Below, piece after piece: positions 1-10,037 of a DNA stretch of 64,000 nt. The DNA is taken from the NCBI RefSeq assembly GCF_028641065.1, contig NC_073411.1, forward strand, positions 10,974,001-11,038,000. Direction: 5' to 3'. The first letter of the stretch is position 1. Each line of letters starts with the position of its first letter. The translations under genes and the position numbers were made by a program. The DNA comes from Leucoraja erinacea. Its lineage: Eukaryota. The notes under the pieces were generated by a model. The model saw only the letters and a program-made list of their open reading frames with translations, was not told the origin of the DNA and ran no database searches.

Positions 1-16
1 TACATGTAATGCTCAC

Positions 17-94
17 CTGAACCATCGCTGATCGCTGATGATGTTGCTAATTCCTTCAGTCAGGAGCTCCACGTTTTCAAACCGCCGGCCCTGG
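17..94 (-). CDS. INPP5F: INPP5F/Sac2-like phosphoinositide phosphatase, coding exon 11 (gene continues left of window)
   Basis: CAG acceptor, GTGAGC donor; encodes (C)QGRRFENVELLTEGISNIISDQRWF, matching Sac2 'CRGMKFENVQTLTDAI...W'; phase continues exon 10. Confidence 0.85.
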
Positions 95-1143
95 CTGCAC
101 AGAGAGAAGAGTTGATGTTGCAGGATAGAGACAGCTGCGTTATATATTTCCCCCCCACTCCCGTCAGGCAGAAGATACCGAAGCTTGAAAGCATGCACCA
201 CCAGATTCGGGAACTGCTTCTTCCCCACTGTTATCAGACCACTACACCCTCCTCCCATAAACTTGGGTGTAATCCCAATCTTCCAACCTACCTCGTTGCA
301 CACCTGGCGCTTTTTTAATATCGGCGCTTTCTCTTTAATTGTAACGCACTTATGCCGCAACACTATACTCTGTACTCGGGTATTTTTAACATAGAGTACA
401 GCACAAGAACAGGCCCTTCGGCCCACAATGTCTGTGCCGAACATGATGCCAAGACAGCACTGCTCTGCGGTAGATTTGCTGACTTACAGCACCATACACC
501 CAGGTTCGATCCTGACTAGGGGTGTTGTCTGTACGGAATTTGCACCTTCTCCCTGTGACCATGTGGGTTTCCTCTGGGTGCTCCGGTTTCCTCCCACATC
601 CCAAAGACTTGGATTTCGTTTCCTCCTGGTTAATTGGCCTCTGTAAATGTGTAGGACAGGACTAGCGGACAAGTGATCGATGGTCGGCGTGGACTCGATG
701 GGCCGAAGGGCCTGTTTCCACACCTGTATCTCTAAATGAACTATACTACAACACCCCAGGACCAAAGGGCGAGGAGTCTAGTGGGGGCAAGAGTGTTGCC
801 TAATCCCAGCCCTAGCCAGCCCTTCACTGCGTTCCCCGGGCACCCGTCACCTAAACCCAAAAGGGAATTGGTGGAATGACGTGGAGTAGGGAGTGGAGAA
901 AAATACCTTGTGGCGTGAAGAGGAGGGGGGGGGACCTCATTGAAACCCACTGTATAATGAGAGTCCTGGATAGTGAATGTGGAGAGGATGTTTCCACTAG
1001 TGGGAGAGTCTAGGACAAGTCATAGCTTCAGAATTAAAGGATGTTCCTTTAGAAAGGAGATGAGGAGGAATTTATTTAATCAGAGGGTGGTGAATCTGTG
1101 GAATTCATTGCCACGAAAGGTTGTGGAGGCCAAGTCCATGGAG

Positions 1144-1592
1144 NNNNNNNNNNNNNNNNNNNNNNNNNNNNNNNNNNNNNNNNNNNNNNNNNNNNNNNNN
1201 NNNNNNNNNNNNNNNNNNNNNNNNNNNNNNNNNNNNNNNNNNNNNNNNNNNNNNNNNNNNNNNNNNNNNNNNNNNNNNNNNNNNNNNNNNNNNNNNNNNN
1301 NNNNNNNNNNNNNNNNNNNNNNNNNNNNNNNNNNNNNNNNNNNNNNNNNNNNNNNNNNNNNNNNNNNNNNNNNNNNNNNNNNNNNNNNNNNNNNNNNNNN
1401 NNNNNNNNNNNNNNNNNNNNNNNNNNNNNNNNNNNNNNNNNNNNNNNNNNNNNNNNNNNNNNNNNNNNNNNNNNNNNNNNNNNNNNNNNNNNNNNNNNNN
1501 NNNNNNNNNNNNNNNNNNNNNNNNNNNNNNNNNNNNNNNNNNNNNNNNNNNNNNNNNNNNNNNNNNNNNNNNNNNNNNNNNNNNNNNNNNNN
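1144..1592. other. Assembly gap
   Basis: Run of N inside a CR1 fragment; another gap at 44117-44259. Confidence 0.99.
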
Positions 1593-1765
1593 GGGGGGGT
1601 GTCAGGGGTTATGGGGAGAAGGCAGGAGAATGGGGTTTGGAGGGAAAGCTCGATCAGGCATGATTGAATGGCGGAGTAGACTCGATGGGCCAAATGGCCT
1701 AATTCTGCTCCTATCACTTATGGACATGAACTTGAACCTTTGACCATGTGCTTCAGCGCTCTTAC

Positions 1766-1890
1766 CATTGATGGTGGAAATCAAAGGCCACATAGATGAG
1801 ACGCGGGTCATTGAAAATCTCAACCTGCCTCCGGTAGGCGTCGCTAATCACCTTCTCTGGCCCCGTCTGTTTCACAAGATTGATGATAAC
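1766..1890 (-). CDS. INPP5F: INPP5F-like coding exon 10
   Basis: CAG/GTAAGA boundaries; VIINLVKQTGPEKVISDAYRRQVEIFNDPRLIYVAFDFHHQ(C), with SAC-domain VIINL and FDFH motifs; 125 nt. Confidence 0.9.
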
Positions 1891-2767
1891 CTGCAGGAGG
1901 AACACAGAAACATGGAAATAAAGGTGCAGGAGGAGTAGGCCATTCGGCCCTTCGAGCCAGCACCGCCATTCAATGTGATCAGAGGCTGATCATCCAGCGC
2001 CAATCGGAGGAACCGCACTTCATATTTCGCTCATAGTTCTTTCCTTGTCCCGCCCCCTCCCCTGACATCAATCTGAAGATGAGCCTTGACCTGAAACATC
2101 GCCCATTCCTTCTCTCCATAGATGCTGCCTCAGCCGCTGAGTTACTCCAGCATTTCGTGTCTGCCTTCGATTTACCAGCATCTGCAGTTCTTTCTTAAAC
2201 ATCTAAACTGAATTCTCCATTTTCTTTTCTGTTTTTTTCTCCCCATATCCCTTGATTCCTTTAGATCTAAATCTAACTCTCTCTTGAAAACATCCAGTGT
2301 TTTATATCTATACTTTCTCTATTACTGTAACACACTTATGCCATAACACTATACTCTGTACTCGGGTATTTTTAACATAGACCGTAGAACAGTACAGCAC
2401 AAGAACAGGCCCTTCGGCTCACAATGTCCGTGCCGAACATGATGCCAAGACAACACTGCTCTGCGGTAGATTTGCCGGCTTACACCTGGGTTCGATCCTG
2501 ACTATGGGTGTTGTCTGTACGGAATTTGCCCGGTGTCTGTACGGCCTCCAGAGAATTCCACAGATTCACAACTCTCTAGGTGAAAAAGCTTTTCCTCATC
2601 TCAGTCCTAAATGCCCCCCTTATTCTTAAACTGGGGAAGGTTTTGGGGGATATGGGCCAAGTGGAGATTGGTGGGACTAGTGTAGATGGGGCATGGTTGT
2701 CTGGGGCAAGTTGGGCCAGGGAGGCTATTTAAACACCGTACGATTCTATAAATTGGAACAAACTAAC

Positions 2768-2835
2768 CCCTTTATTGTAAATCTTGAACTGTTCCATGAA
2801 GTGGCTCTGAAAAGCTTGTGTGTTCTCTGCATCGG
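2768..2835 (-). CDS. INPP5F: INPP5F-like coding exon 9
   Basis: CAG/GTTAGT boundaries; (T)DAENTQAFQSHFMEQFKIYNKG, similar to Sac2 'F.AHFEEQLNIYKKQ'; phases 1 to 0 fit neighbours. Confidence 0.85.
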
Positions 2836-2929
2836 CTGTGTGAAAAGAGGGGAAATATTTCCATTAGAAAGGAATAAATATAACTGCAGCTGCTGGAAAC
2901 CTGAAATAAAATCAGAAAGTGCTGGAGAT

Positions 2930-3320
2930 CAAAGAACCTATAGCAGAGCAAGATAGACCACTCCTGCTAAATGCAATGGGCTGACGTGTAGTACGCAACG
3001 GAGCGGAACGTGGGCCTTTTTTTCATCCATTTCAGTAACCCGACCCGACCGGACTCGCAGTGTAATCAACGTTGCGGGGAAACAGTTTGTGTTAATAAAT
3101 TATAATTCTGAAAACGAGGAGAAGATTTTTACCAAAGGACTTTTATTTTTACGAGGATGTTTCCGTAACCGGCTTCCGTCTCCGCACTAGTATCTTTGCT
3201 CCGCTACGGGATCTTTGGTGCGGAGACGGACATGGGGCCGAAAATGACCCATGGATCTGCCCATGACCGTACTGGGTCTTTTTCGTCGAGTGATCAAACT
3301 TGCTCGCTATAGGATCTATG
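2930..3320. mobile_element. Non-autonomous DNA transposon with 8-bp TSD and CA(A/T)AG termini (P-like or hAT)
   Basis: Imperfect ~33-bp TIRs CAAAGAACCTATAGCAGAGCAAG / CATAGATCCTATAGCGAGCAAG; TSD CTGGAGAT/CTGGAGAC. Confidence 0.75.
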
Positions 3321-4240
3321 CTGGAGACGACAGAGACTCTACATTCATGTCAACCATCCCCCATAGACCACCTCTCGCTGCCACGTTAGGGACCATTTAC
3401 TGCAGCCACAGTTGTCCCCTCAGCCTGCAGAACTTTGGGATATGGGAGCAAACTCAATGTGATCAGGAAGAAAATGTGCAGGTAGCGGTGGGGCGGTGCA
3501 AAAACAGGCCCTTCGGCCCATCGAGATGTCGCCTTACAGCGCCAGAGACCCTGGTTGGCTCCTGACTTTGGATGATGTCTGCACGGAGTTTGCACATTCT
3601 CCCCATGGGTATTCCCTGGGTGCTCTGGCTTCCTCCCACACTCCAAAGTCGTACGGGCGTGTAGGTTAATTGGCTTCGGTAAAGAGTGTAAATTGTCCCT
3701 AATGCTTGGGATTAAACTAATGTACGGGTGATCACAGGTCGGCGCGGACCCAGCTGGGCCCAAGGGTCTTTCTCCGCGCTGTATCTCCAAAGTCTTCAGC
3801 ACGGTGGGTCAGGATTGAACCTGGATCACTGGAGCTGAGAGGCAGCAGCTCTACCTGCTGTAACACTGCTTCTGCTTTGTGTACTTGGCCGAGCTCCTTC
3901 TGGGACCTCCTGCCAGGAATGTCAACGGAGACTGGCCTGGGATTGGGATTGGAAGCTCCTAAACGACACCCTTGCTGTGGCCCAGAATGAAAAGTCAACC
4001 TGGTCGACCCTTTATGATCCATCTTTGGCGATTTTTTAGGCGACTGCCAGCGACTAGGCCAATGGAATTCACCGAAGTCAGCACCAGCGACAACCTACCT
4101 CACCTGGCGACAACCTGCGACAACCCAAATTGACGCCACTGTTGCCGACAATGGTTCAACATGTTGAAATATTTTCGGCAGTCACATTTTGTCAACTAAA
4201 AAAAATCGCCTATGTGGGACAGGCCCTTTACTCTTGTGGA

Positions 4241-4847
4241 CAGACACAAAATGCTGGAGTAACTCAGCGGGACAGGCAGCGTCTCTGGAGAGAAGGAATA
4301 GGTGACGCTTTGGGTCGAGACCACTTCTTCAGGCTGCAGGCATACTTCAGGCAAACAGGACCAGTTCGGTTGTACGTTGCTTAGCAGGCACTGAACATTG
4401 TTGGCTAGGAGAAGGTAAAGTACAAAGCAAACAGAGATGAAATCTCCATCACACCTTACACGTCCTTGTCTCTGTATCTCCTTCTCCCCTGATTCAGTCT
4501 GAACAGAGAGTTGTGAGTCTGTGGAATTGGCTGCCTCAAAGGGCAGTGGAGGCAGGTTCACTGGAGTGAGCTAGAGACGGGTCTTAAAAATAGCGGAGTC
4601 AGGGGATATGGGGAGAAGGCAGGAACGGGGTACTGATTGGGGATGATCAGCCATGATCACATTGAATGGCGGTGCTGTCTCGAAGGGCCGAATGGCCTAC
4701 TCCTGCACCTGTTGTCTATTGAAGGGTCTTGACCCGAAACGTCGCCCATTCCTTCGCTCCAGAGACGCTGCCTGTCCCGCTGAGTTACTCCAGCATTTTG
4801 TGTCTGTCTTGGGTTTAAACCAGCATCAGCAGTTCCTTCCCGCACAC
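4241..4847. mobile_element. Long palindromic hammerhead-family element with nested CR1 tail (4504-4720)
   Basis: Inverted terminal arms; 13-bp duplication TTACTCTTGTGGA at 4228-4240 and 4848-4860. Confidence 0.7.
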
Positions 4848-4851
4848 TTAC

Positions 4852-5031
4852 TCTTGTGGAGCTGGGGAAGGGGTTTATACCGATAGCCCTCCTGGCTCCA
4901 GAACACGGGGATAGACCCTCGAATCTGGACGAACGATAAGACATCGCTCCCCCTGAAGATCAGCTGCTCGGTCTCCACGTAATTGGCCACGTTCCCGCCG
5001 CTGTCGATGCCTCTGCGTTTGTATCGCATCC
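4852..5031 (-). CDS. INPP5F: INPP5F-like coding exon 8
   Basis: GMRYKRRGIDSGGNVANYVETEQLIFRGSDVLSFVQIRGSIPVFWSQEGYRYKPLPQLHK is the hallmark SAC core; CAG/GTAAGT boundaries. Confidence 0.95.
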
Positions 5032-5722
5032 CTGTGGACCAAGGAGAAGGAAGACACTCACGCCCGGCGAACATGGTATCTCAGGCTATTGGTTTCCGTT
5101 TAGTTTAGAGACGCAGCGTGGAAACGGGCCTATCGGGGCCGCACCGAGTCCGCGCCGACCAGCGATCCCCGCACATTAACATTGCCCTACACACACGCAC
5201 ATACTAGGGACAATTTTACACCTACACGAAGCCAATTAACCTGGAGCGTGGGAGGAAACCGAAGATCTCGCGGGTCACGGGGAGAACGTACAAACTCCGT
5301 GAAGGCAAGCATCGCCCTAGACAGGATCGAACCCGGGTCTCTGGCGCTGTAAGACAGCAACTCTACCGCTGCGCCACTGCTGTGAAGCCTCTCCGAGACT
5401 CCCCACCCCCCAACACTGGATGCCTTGCTGGAGGGGTCGGCCCGGCCACATGAATCCAGAGACACAGAGAAGGCAATGCACAGTGAACCTAAACCCATGG
5501 TTGTCAAGTGGAATAGAAAATAGGTGCAGGAGTAGGCCATTCGGCCCTTCAATGTCAGCTCGTGCTTGTATCCTGCAGGATTCAAGTGAAGACCAAGGGT
5601 CATGATGTTTGAAGAAGAATCCCGAACCATTCCTGTCCTCCAGAGATGCTGTCTGACTCATTCAGTTACGCCAACTTTTTGTGTCTCTCTTTTGTTTAAA
5701 CCTGCATCTGCAGTTCCTTCCT

Positions 5723-5789
5723 GGCCCCATAGCAGAAGTGTCCACATCGCGGGGCTGGAAACTGGAAGTATCCCGAGCTAATTCTGCCA
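5723..5789 (+). ncRNA. Predicted HDV/CPEB3-like self-cleaving ribozyme (copy 1)
   Basis: P1 GGCCCC/GGGGCU, P2 GCAGAA/UUCUGC, P3 GUG/CGC, L3 UCCACAU, P1.1 CC/GG, short P4 and J4/2 GCUAA (putative catalytic C5778), in the correct nested double-pseudoknot order. Confidence 0.8.
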
Positions 5790-5916
5790 CCACCATCATC
5801 TATTGCAACAAGTGATGGCTCCTACTGATTGTCGACGGAAGGATTGCGTCCATTTCAGGATGGACGATGACAGCGAGGTCAACATTTGGAACATGGAACA
5901 TGGGCACGAAAGAAGA
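5723..5916 (+). mobile_element. Non-autonomous retroelement with ribozyme head and (GAA)n tail, copy 1
   Basis: TSD AGTTCCTTCCT (5712-5722) / AGTTCCTGCCT (5917-5927); second copy at 9715. Confidence 0.8.
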
Positions 5917-6307
5917 AGTTCCTGCCTACACAGTCACGAGTGTTTAATTGTCGTATATAAACTGAAACGGAACAATGAGATTCCCATCTTGCGGCAGGAG
6001 AACAGGTCTGTGAACACAGTGCCCAATAGATAACATAAGAGTAAAATAAACAGTAAAAAAGTTCAATAAAGAATGAATAAAAACGATATTAGTGCAGAAC
6101 CAAACTCAAGTGGTCAAGAAAGTCAAGAGTGAGAGTCAAGAGTTTTATTGTCATGTTGTAACTGTATAAAACTTTGGTTAGGCCACATTTCGAGTATTGG
6201 GAATCAGCACACAATGCTGGAGTAACTCAGCGGGACAGGCAGCATCTCTGAAGAGAAGGAATGGGTGGTTAATATAGCATTGTGTTGGAAGCGCTGGAAT
6301 CAGGCAC

Positions 6308-6643
6308 AATGGCCCTGTCCCACTGTACGAGTTCATTCCAAGAGCTCTCCTAAGTTTTAAAAAAAAAATCAAACTCGTGGTAGTACGTAGAATGAACGTA
6401 GCGGGTACGTCGGAGCTCGGGGACGTCTCTTAGTGGTTCGTAACGCTTACGGCAGGTACTCGGGAAGACTCGCTAACGGCAGGTAAGCTCGGGAAGACTG
6501 GTGAAGATTTTTCAGCATGTTGAAAAATGTCCACGAGAGCCCCGAGTACTGACGAGCGGCCATTACCGTAAATCTCCGAGTTCGAATCAGGGTAAACTCG
6601 GGGAGAGCTCTTGGAATGAACTCGTACAGTGGGACAGGGGTTT
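6308..6643. mobile_element. PIF/Harbinger-like MITE
   Basis: ~40-bp TIR GCCCTGTCCCACTGTACGAGTTCATTCCAAGAG; inverted sister copy at 58686-59016. Confidence 0.75.
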
Positions 6644-6863
6644 AAGAGACAATTGAGACAGACACTTAAATAGACAAGGATTGGAAGGATATGTCCAACA
6701 GGGGCAAATGGGGTCAGTGTGGATGGACAAGAAGGTTGGCATGGACATCTTGTGCCAAGGATCCGTTTCTGTGACTCTATCCACGAATAAAGTCCACTGA
6801 TGGCAGCACCAACAACATCAATGATTTACCGCTGGACGGCCCTCTTGTAGATTCCCCACTCAC

Positions 6864-7056
6864 CTCCTCTGTACCTGCTTCTCCTGGAGATAAGGACGAA
6901 CAGGAACTTCCCCCCCGGCGCCTTTGGCATGTCCTCGCTCACCACACATTCTTCGCAGGAGTTCCCGCCCTTGTACTTGGAGTGGCTGACGTTGATCTCC
7001 GTCACCTGCACAAAGCCTTGGATGATGGGGATGATCCACGCATCCGACATCGCGCT
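6864..7056 (-). CDS. INPP5F: INPP5F-like coding exon 7
   Basis: SAMSDAWIIPIIQGFVQV...FLFVLISRRSRYRG; SAC motifs WIIP.IQGFV and LISRRS; CAG/GTGAGT boundaries. Confidence 0.93.
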
Positions 7057-7826
7057 CTGGAGAGAAGGTCCCAAACAGAAAGGTGTCAGGGACATTTGCG
7101 TTTGGTTTATCGCCGTGCGGGGCGAGGTGTGGCGAAAAGCGTTTGTGTCGTGTGCTAACCAACCAGCGGAACGACCATGCCCGATTACAACCGAGCCATC
7201 CACAGCGTGCAGATACATGATAAAGGGAATAACACGTACTGACATTTAGTGCAAGGTAAAGTCTGGTAGCACCACCTTTCATCGCCACGCCATTGGATAT
7301 TTTTTAAAGCGGAGGCCGATACCTCTGAAACTCTCTGCCGCAGAGGGTAGTCGAGGCCAGTTCATTGGCTATATTTAAGAGGGAGTTGGATGTGGCCCTT
7401 GTGGCTAAGGGGATCAGAGGGTATGGAGAGAAGGTAGGTACGGGATACTGAGTTGGATGATCAGCCATGATCATATTGAATGGCGGTGCAGGCTCGAAGG
7501 GCCGAATGGCCTACTCCTGCACCTAATTTCTATGTTTCTATGATACGTTCTTGATTGGTAAGGGCGTCCAAGGTTACGGGGAGAAGGCAGGAGAATGATT
7601 GGGAAAGATTGGATTGGCCACGAACGAATGGTGGAGTAGACTTGATGGGACGAATGGCCTAACTCTGCTCTTACGACTTATGCCCTCAGGCAAAACAGGC
7701 AGGCCCGAAACGTTGCCTATTTCTTTCACTCCATAGATGCTGCCGCACCCGCTGAGTTTCTCCAGCATTTTTGTCTACCTAGGAAGTGATAGAAACCGTG
7801 CTGGAAGACAAAAATGCCAATCCTAC

Positions 7827-7883
7827 CTGTTTTTTGAGCAAGTCTCGAATCATGTACTTGTTCCAGAAAAATCTGTCATCGAC
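7827..7883 (-). CDS. INPP5F: INPP5F-like coding exon 6
   Basis: VDDRFFWNKYMIRDLLKKQ, near-identical to Sac2 'VDDRFFWNKYMIQDL'; CAG/GTAGGA boundaries; 57 nt, phase 0/0. Confidence 0.93.
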
Positions 7884-8034
7884 CTGAGTAAAGAGGAAAT
7901 AAGAATAAGGGGGAGGCCTTTTAGGACTGTGACAAGAAAAATCCTTCCACACCCAGAGATTTGATCCTCAGTGGAATTCTCTGCCACAGAAGGCAGTGGA
8001 GGCCAGTTCACTGGATGTTTTCAAGAGAGAGTAA

Positions 8035-8188
8035 TGCCCCTGTCCCACTTAGGAAACCTGAACGGAGACTTTGCGCCCCACCCAAGGTTTCCATGTGGTT
8101 CCCGGAGGTTTTTGTCAGTCTCCCTACCTGCTTCCACTACCTGCAACCTCCGGCAACCACCTGCAATCTTCCTAGTGGGACAGGGGCA
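8035..8188. mobile_element. PIF/Harbinger-like MITE nested in a CR1 tail
   Basis: TIR TGCCCCTGTCCCACT flanked by TAA/TTA. Confidence 0.7.
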
Positions 8189-8574
8189 TTAGATATAGCT
8201 CTTAGGGCTAATGGAATCAAGGGATGTGTGGAAAAAGCAGGAACGGGGCACTGATTTTGGATGATCTTCTTGAATGGCGGTGCTGGCTCAAAGGGCCGAA
8301 TGGCCGACTCCTGCACCTATTGTCTATTGAATGCCTGGAATGCATTGCCAGGGATGGTAGTTGAGGCAGATATGATAGTTATGTTTAAGAGACTTTTGGA
8401 TAGGCACATGGACAGGCAGGGATGTATGGATATGCTGGTAGATATCGGGCGTCAACAACGGGAGCAAAATGGAGAACAGGGGAGAGAAAATACTTTGCCT
8501 TCCATCACAGTGAGGAGGAGATTCACTGTGATGGATGTTTGTGTGAATTGAATTGTTTGAGTGTCTTACATAGA

Positions 8575-9082
8575 GACATAGAAACATAGAAATTAGGTGC
8601 AGGAGTAGGCCATTCGGCCCTTCGAACCTGCACCGCCATTCGATATGATCATGGCTGATCATCCAACTCAGTATCCTGTACCTGCCTTCTCTCCATACCC
8701 CCTGATCCCTTTAGCCACAAGGGCCACATCTAACTCCCTCTTAAATATAGCCAATGAACTGTGGCCTCAACTACCTTCTGTGGCAGAGAATTCCACAGAT
8801 TCACCACTCACTGTGTGAAAAATGATTTTCTCATCTCGGTCCTAAAAGATTTCCCCCTTATCCTTAAACTGTGACCCCTAGTTCTGGACTTCCCCAACAT
8901 CAGGAACAATCTTCCTGCATCTAGCCTGTCCAACCCCTTAAGAATTTTGTAAGTGTCTATAAGATCCCCCCTCAATCTTCTAAATTCTAGCGAGTACAAG
9001 CCGAGTCTATCCAGTCTTTCTTCATATGGAAGTCCTGCCATCCCAGGAATCAGTCTGGTAAACCTTCTCTGTACTCCCTCTA
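8575..9082 (-). mobile_element. CR1/HER1-type LINE 3' fragment
   Basis: IEGVQRRFTRLIPGM...RTRGHSLRI plus the conserved 3'UTR. Confidence 0.88.
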
Positions 9083-9347
9083 TTAAAGAGTCTTGCAGGA
9101 GTCTTGTAGGAATTGTTTTGTTTGTATTGCTATAGAAACAGAGTTTCGTTTGAGCCTCACTGAGGATTAAATGACAAAGAATAAATATTGTATTGTATTG
9201 TATATTGTAGATAAGAGATGGGTTGGCCATTGTGTTTGGTGCTGACATGGTGGGCCAAAGGTCCTGTTCCTTGTGCTGTGCTGCCCTTTGTTCCTATGCT
9301 ACATTGAAAACCACATAGCCCCCCCTACCCACCGCCCCGACCTTCAC

Positions 9348-9518
9348 CTTTGCCAGCAAACCTTCTTCGGAGTTGATGCCTTGCCGCTGCCAACGCCACT
9401 GCCGCTGGGCGCTGTTCGTGATGTCGTAGGTCTGGCTGAAGTAGAAGGCGTCAGAGTCGGTGAACAGTTTGACCAGCTCCTCCAACAGCCGCTTCTCCAG
9501 CTTCTCCTCGTCGCTGAT
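9348..9518 (-). CDS. INPP5F: INPP5F-like coding exon 5
   Basis: ISDEEKLEKRLLEELVKLFTDSDAFYFSQTYDITNSAQRQ..., matching Sac2 'EKLERRLLEELLKMFMDSESFYYSLTYDLTNSVQRQ'; donor AAG|GTGAAG (an alternative in-frame donor would end the exon at 9342). Confidence 0.88.
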
Positions 9519-9714
9519 CTGCAGGGCAGAGAGTGCGGGCGTCACCTGGTAGCGACTGCACGCGGAACGAGCCGCCACGGGGATAGCGGGGGCCACCGTG
9601 TACTAGCGCAGTGCTTAAAATATACGTAGGAAACGACACGAAACTATCAACCACAATAAACTAGATGGAGAAGCAAGGGACTGCAGATGCTGGTTTTTAA
9701 TTTAAAAAAACACA

Positions 9715-10037
9715 GGCCCCCATAGCAGAAGGTCCACCTTTAGGGGCTGGGAAACTGGAAGTATCCCAAGCTAATTCTGCTACCACCATCTACTGCGGCA
9801 AGCGATGGCTCCCACTGATTGTCGCCGGAAGCTTGCGTCCTTTTCAGGACGGTAGATAACAGCGAGGTCAACATTTGAAACATGGAAGGTCCCGAAACGT
9901 TGCCTATTTCCTTCGCTCCATAGATGCTGCTGCACCCGCTGAGTTTCTCCAGCACTTTTGTCTACCTTCGATTTTCCAGCATCTGCACAGTTCCTTCTCG
10001 AACATTTGAAACATGGAAGATGGTCGCAGAAGAAGAA
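9715..10037 (+). mobile_element. Copy 2 of the ribozyme-headed element, interrupted by a hammerhead-family insertion (9889-10000)
   Basis: Collinear with 5723-5916 and starts at the same G; nested insert flanked by the 19-bp duplication AACATTTGAAACATGGAAG (9870-9888, 10001-10019). Confidence 0.8.

Noticed and set aside
752-835. GC-rich segment with TCCTCGC (minus strand) and a GG-hairpin-CTAA (plus strand), suggestive of another HDV-like ribozyme
   Set aside because: Could not assemble P1, P2 and P3 on either strand; left unclassified.
973-1743. Several ORFs of 180-256 aa
   Set aside because: Their length comes from translating across Ns; the flanks are CR1 3' sequence.
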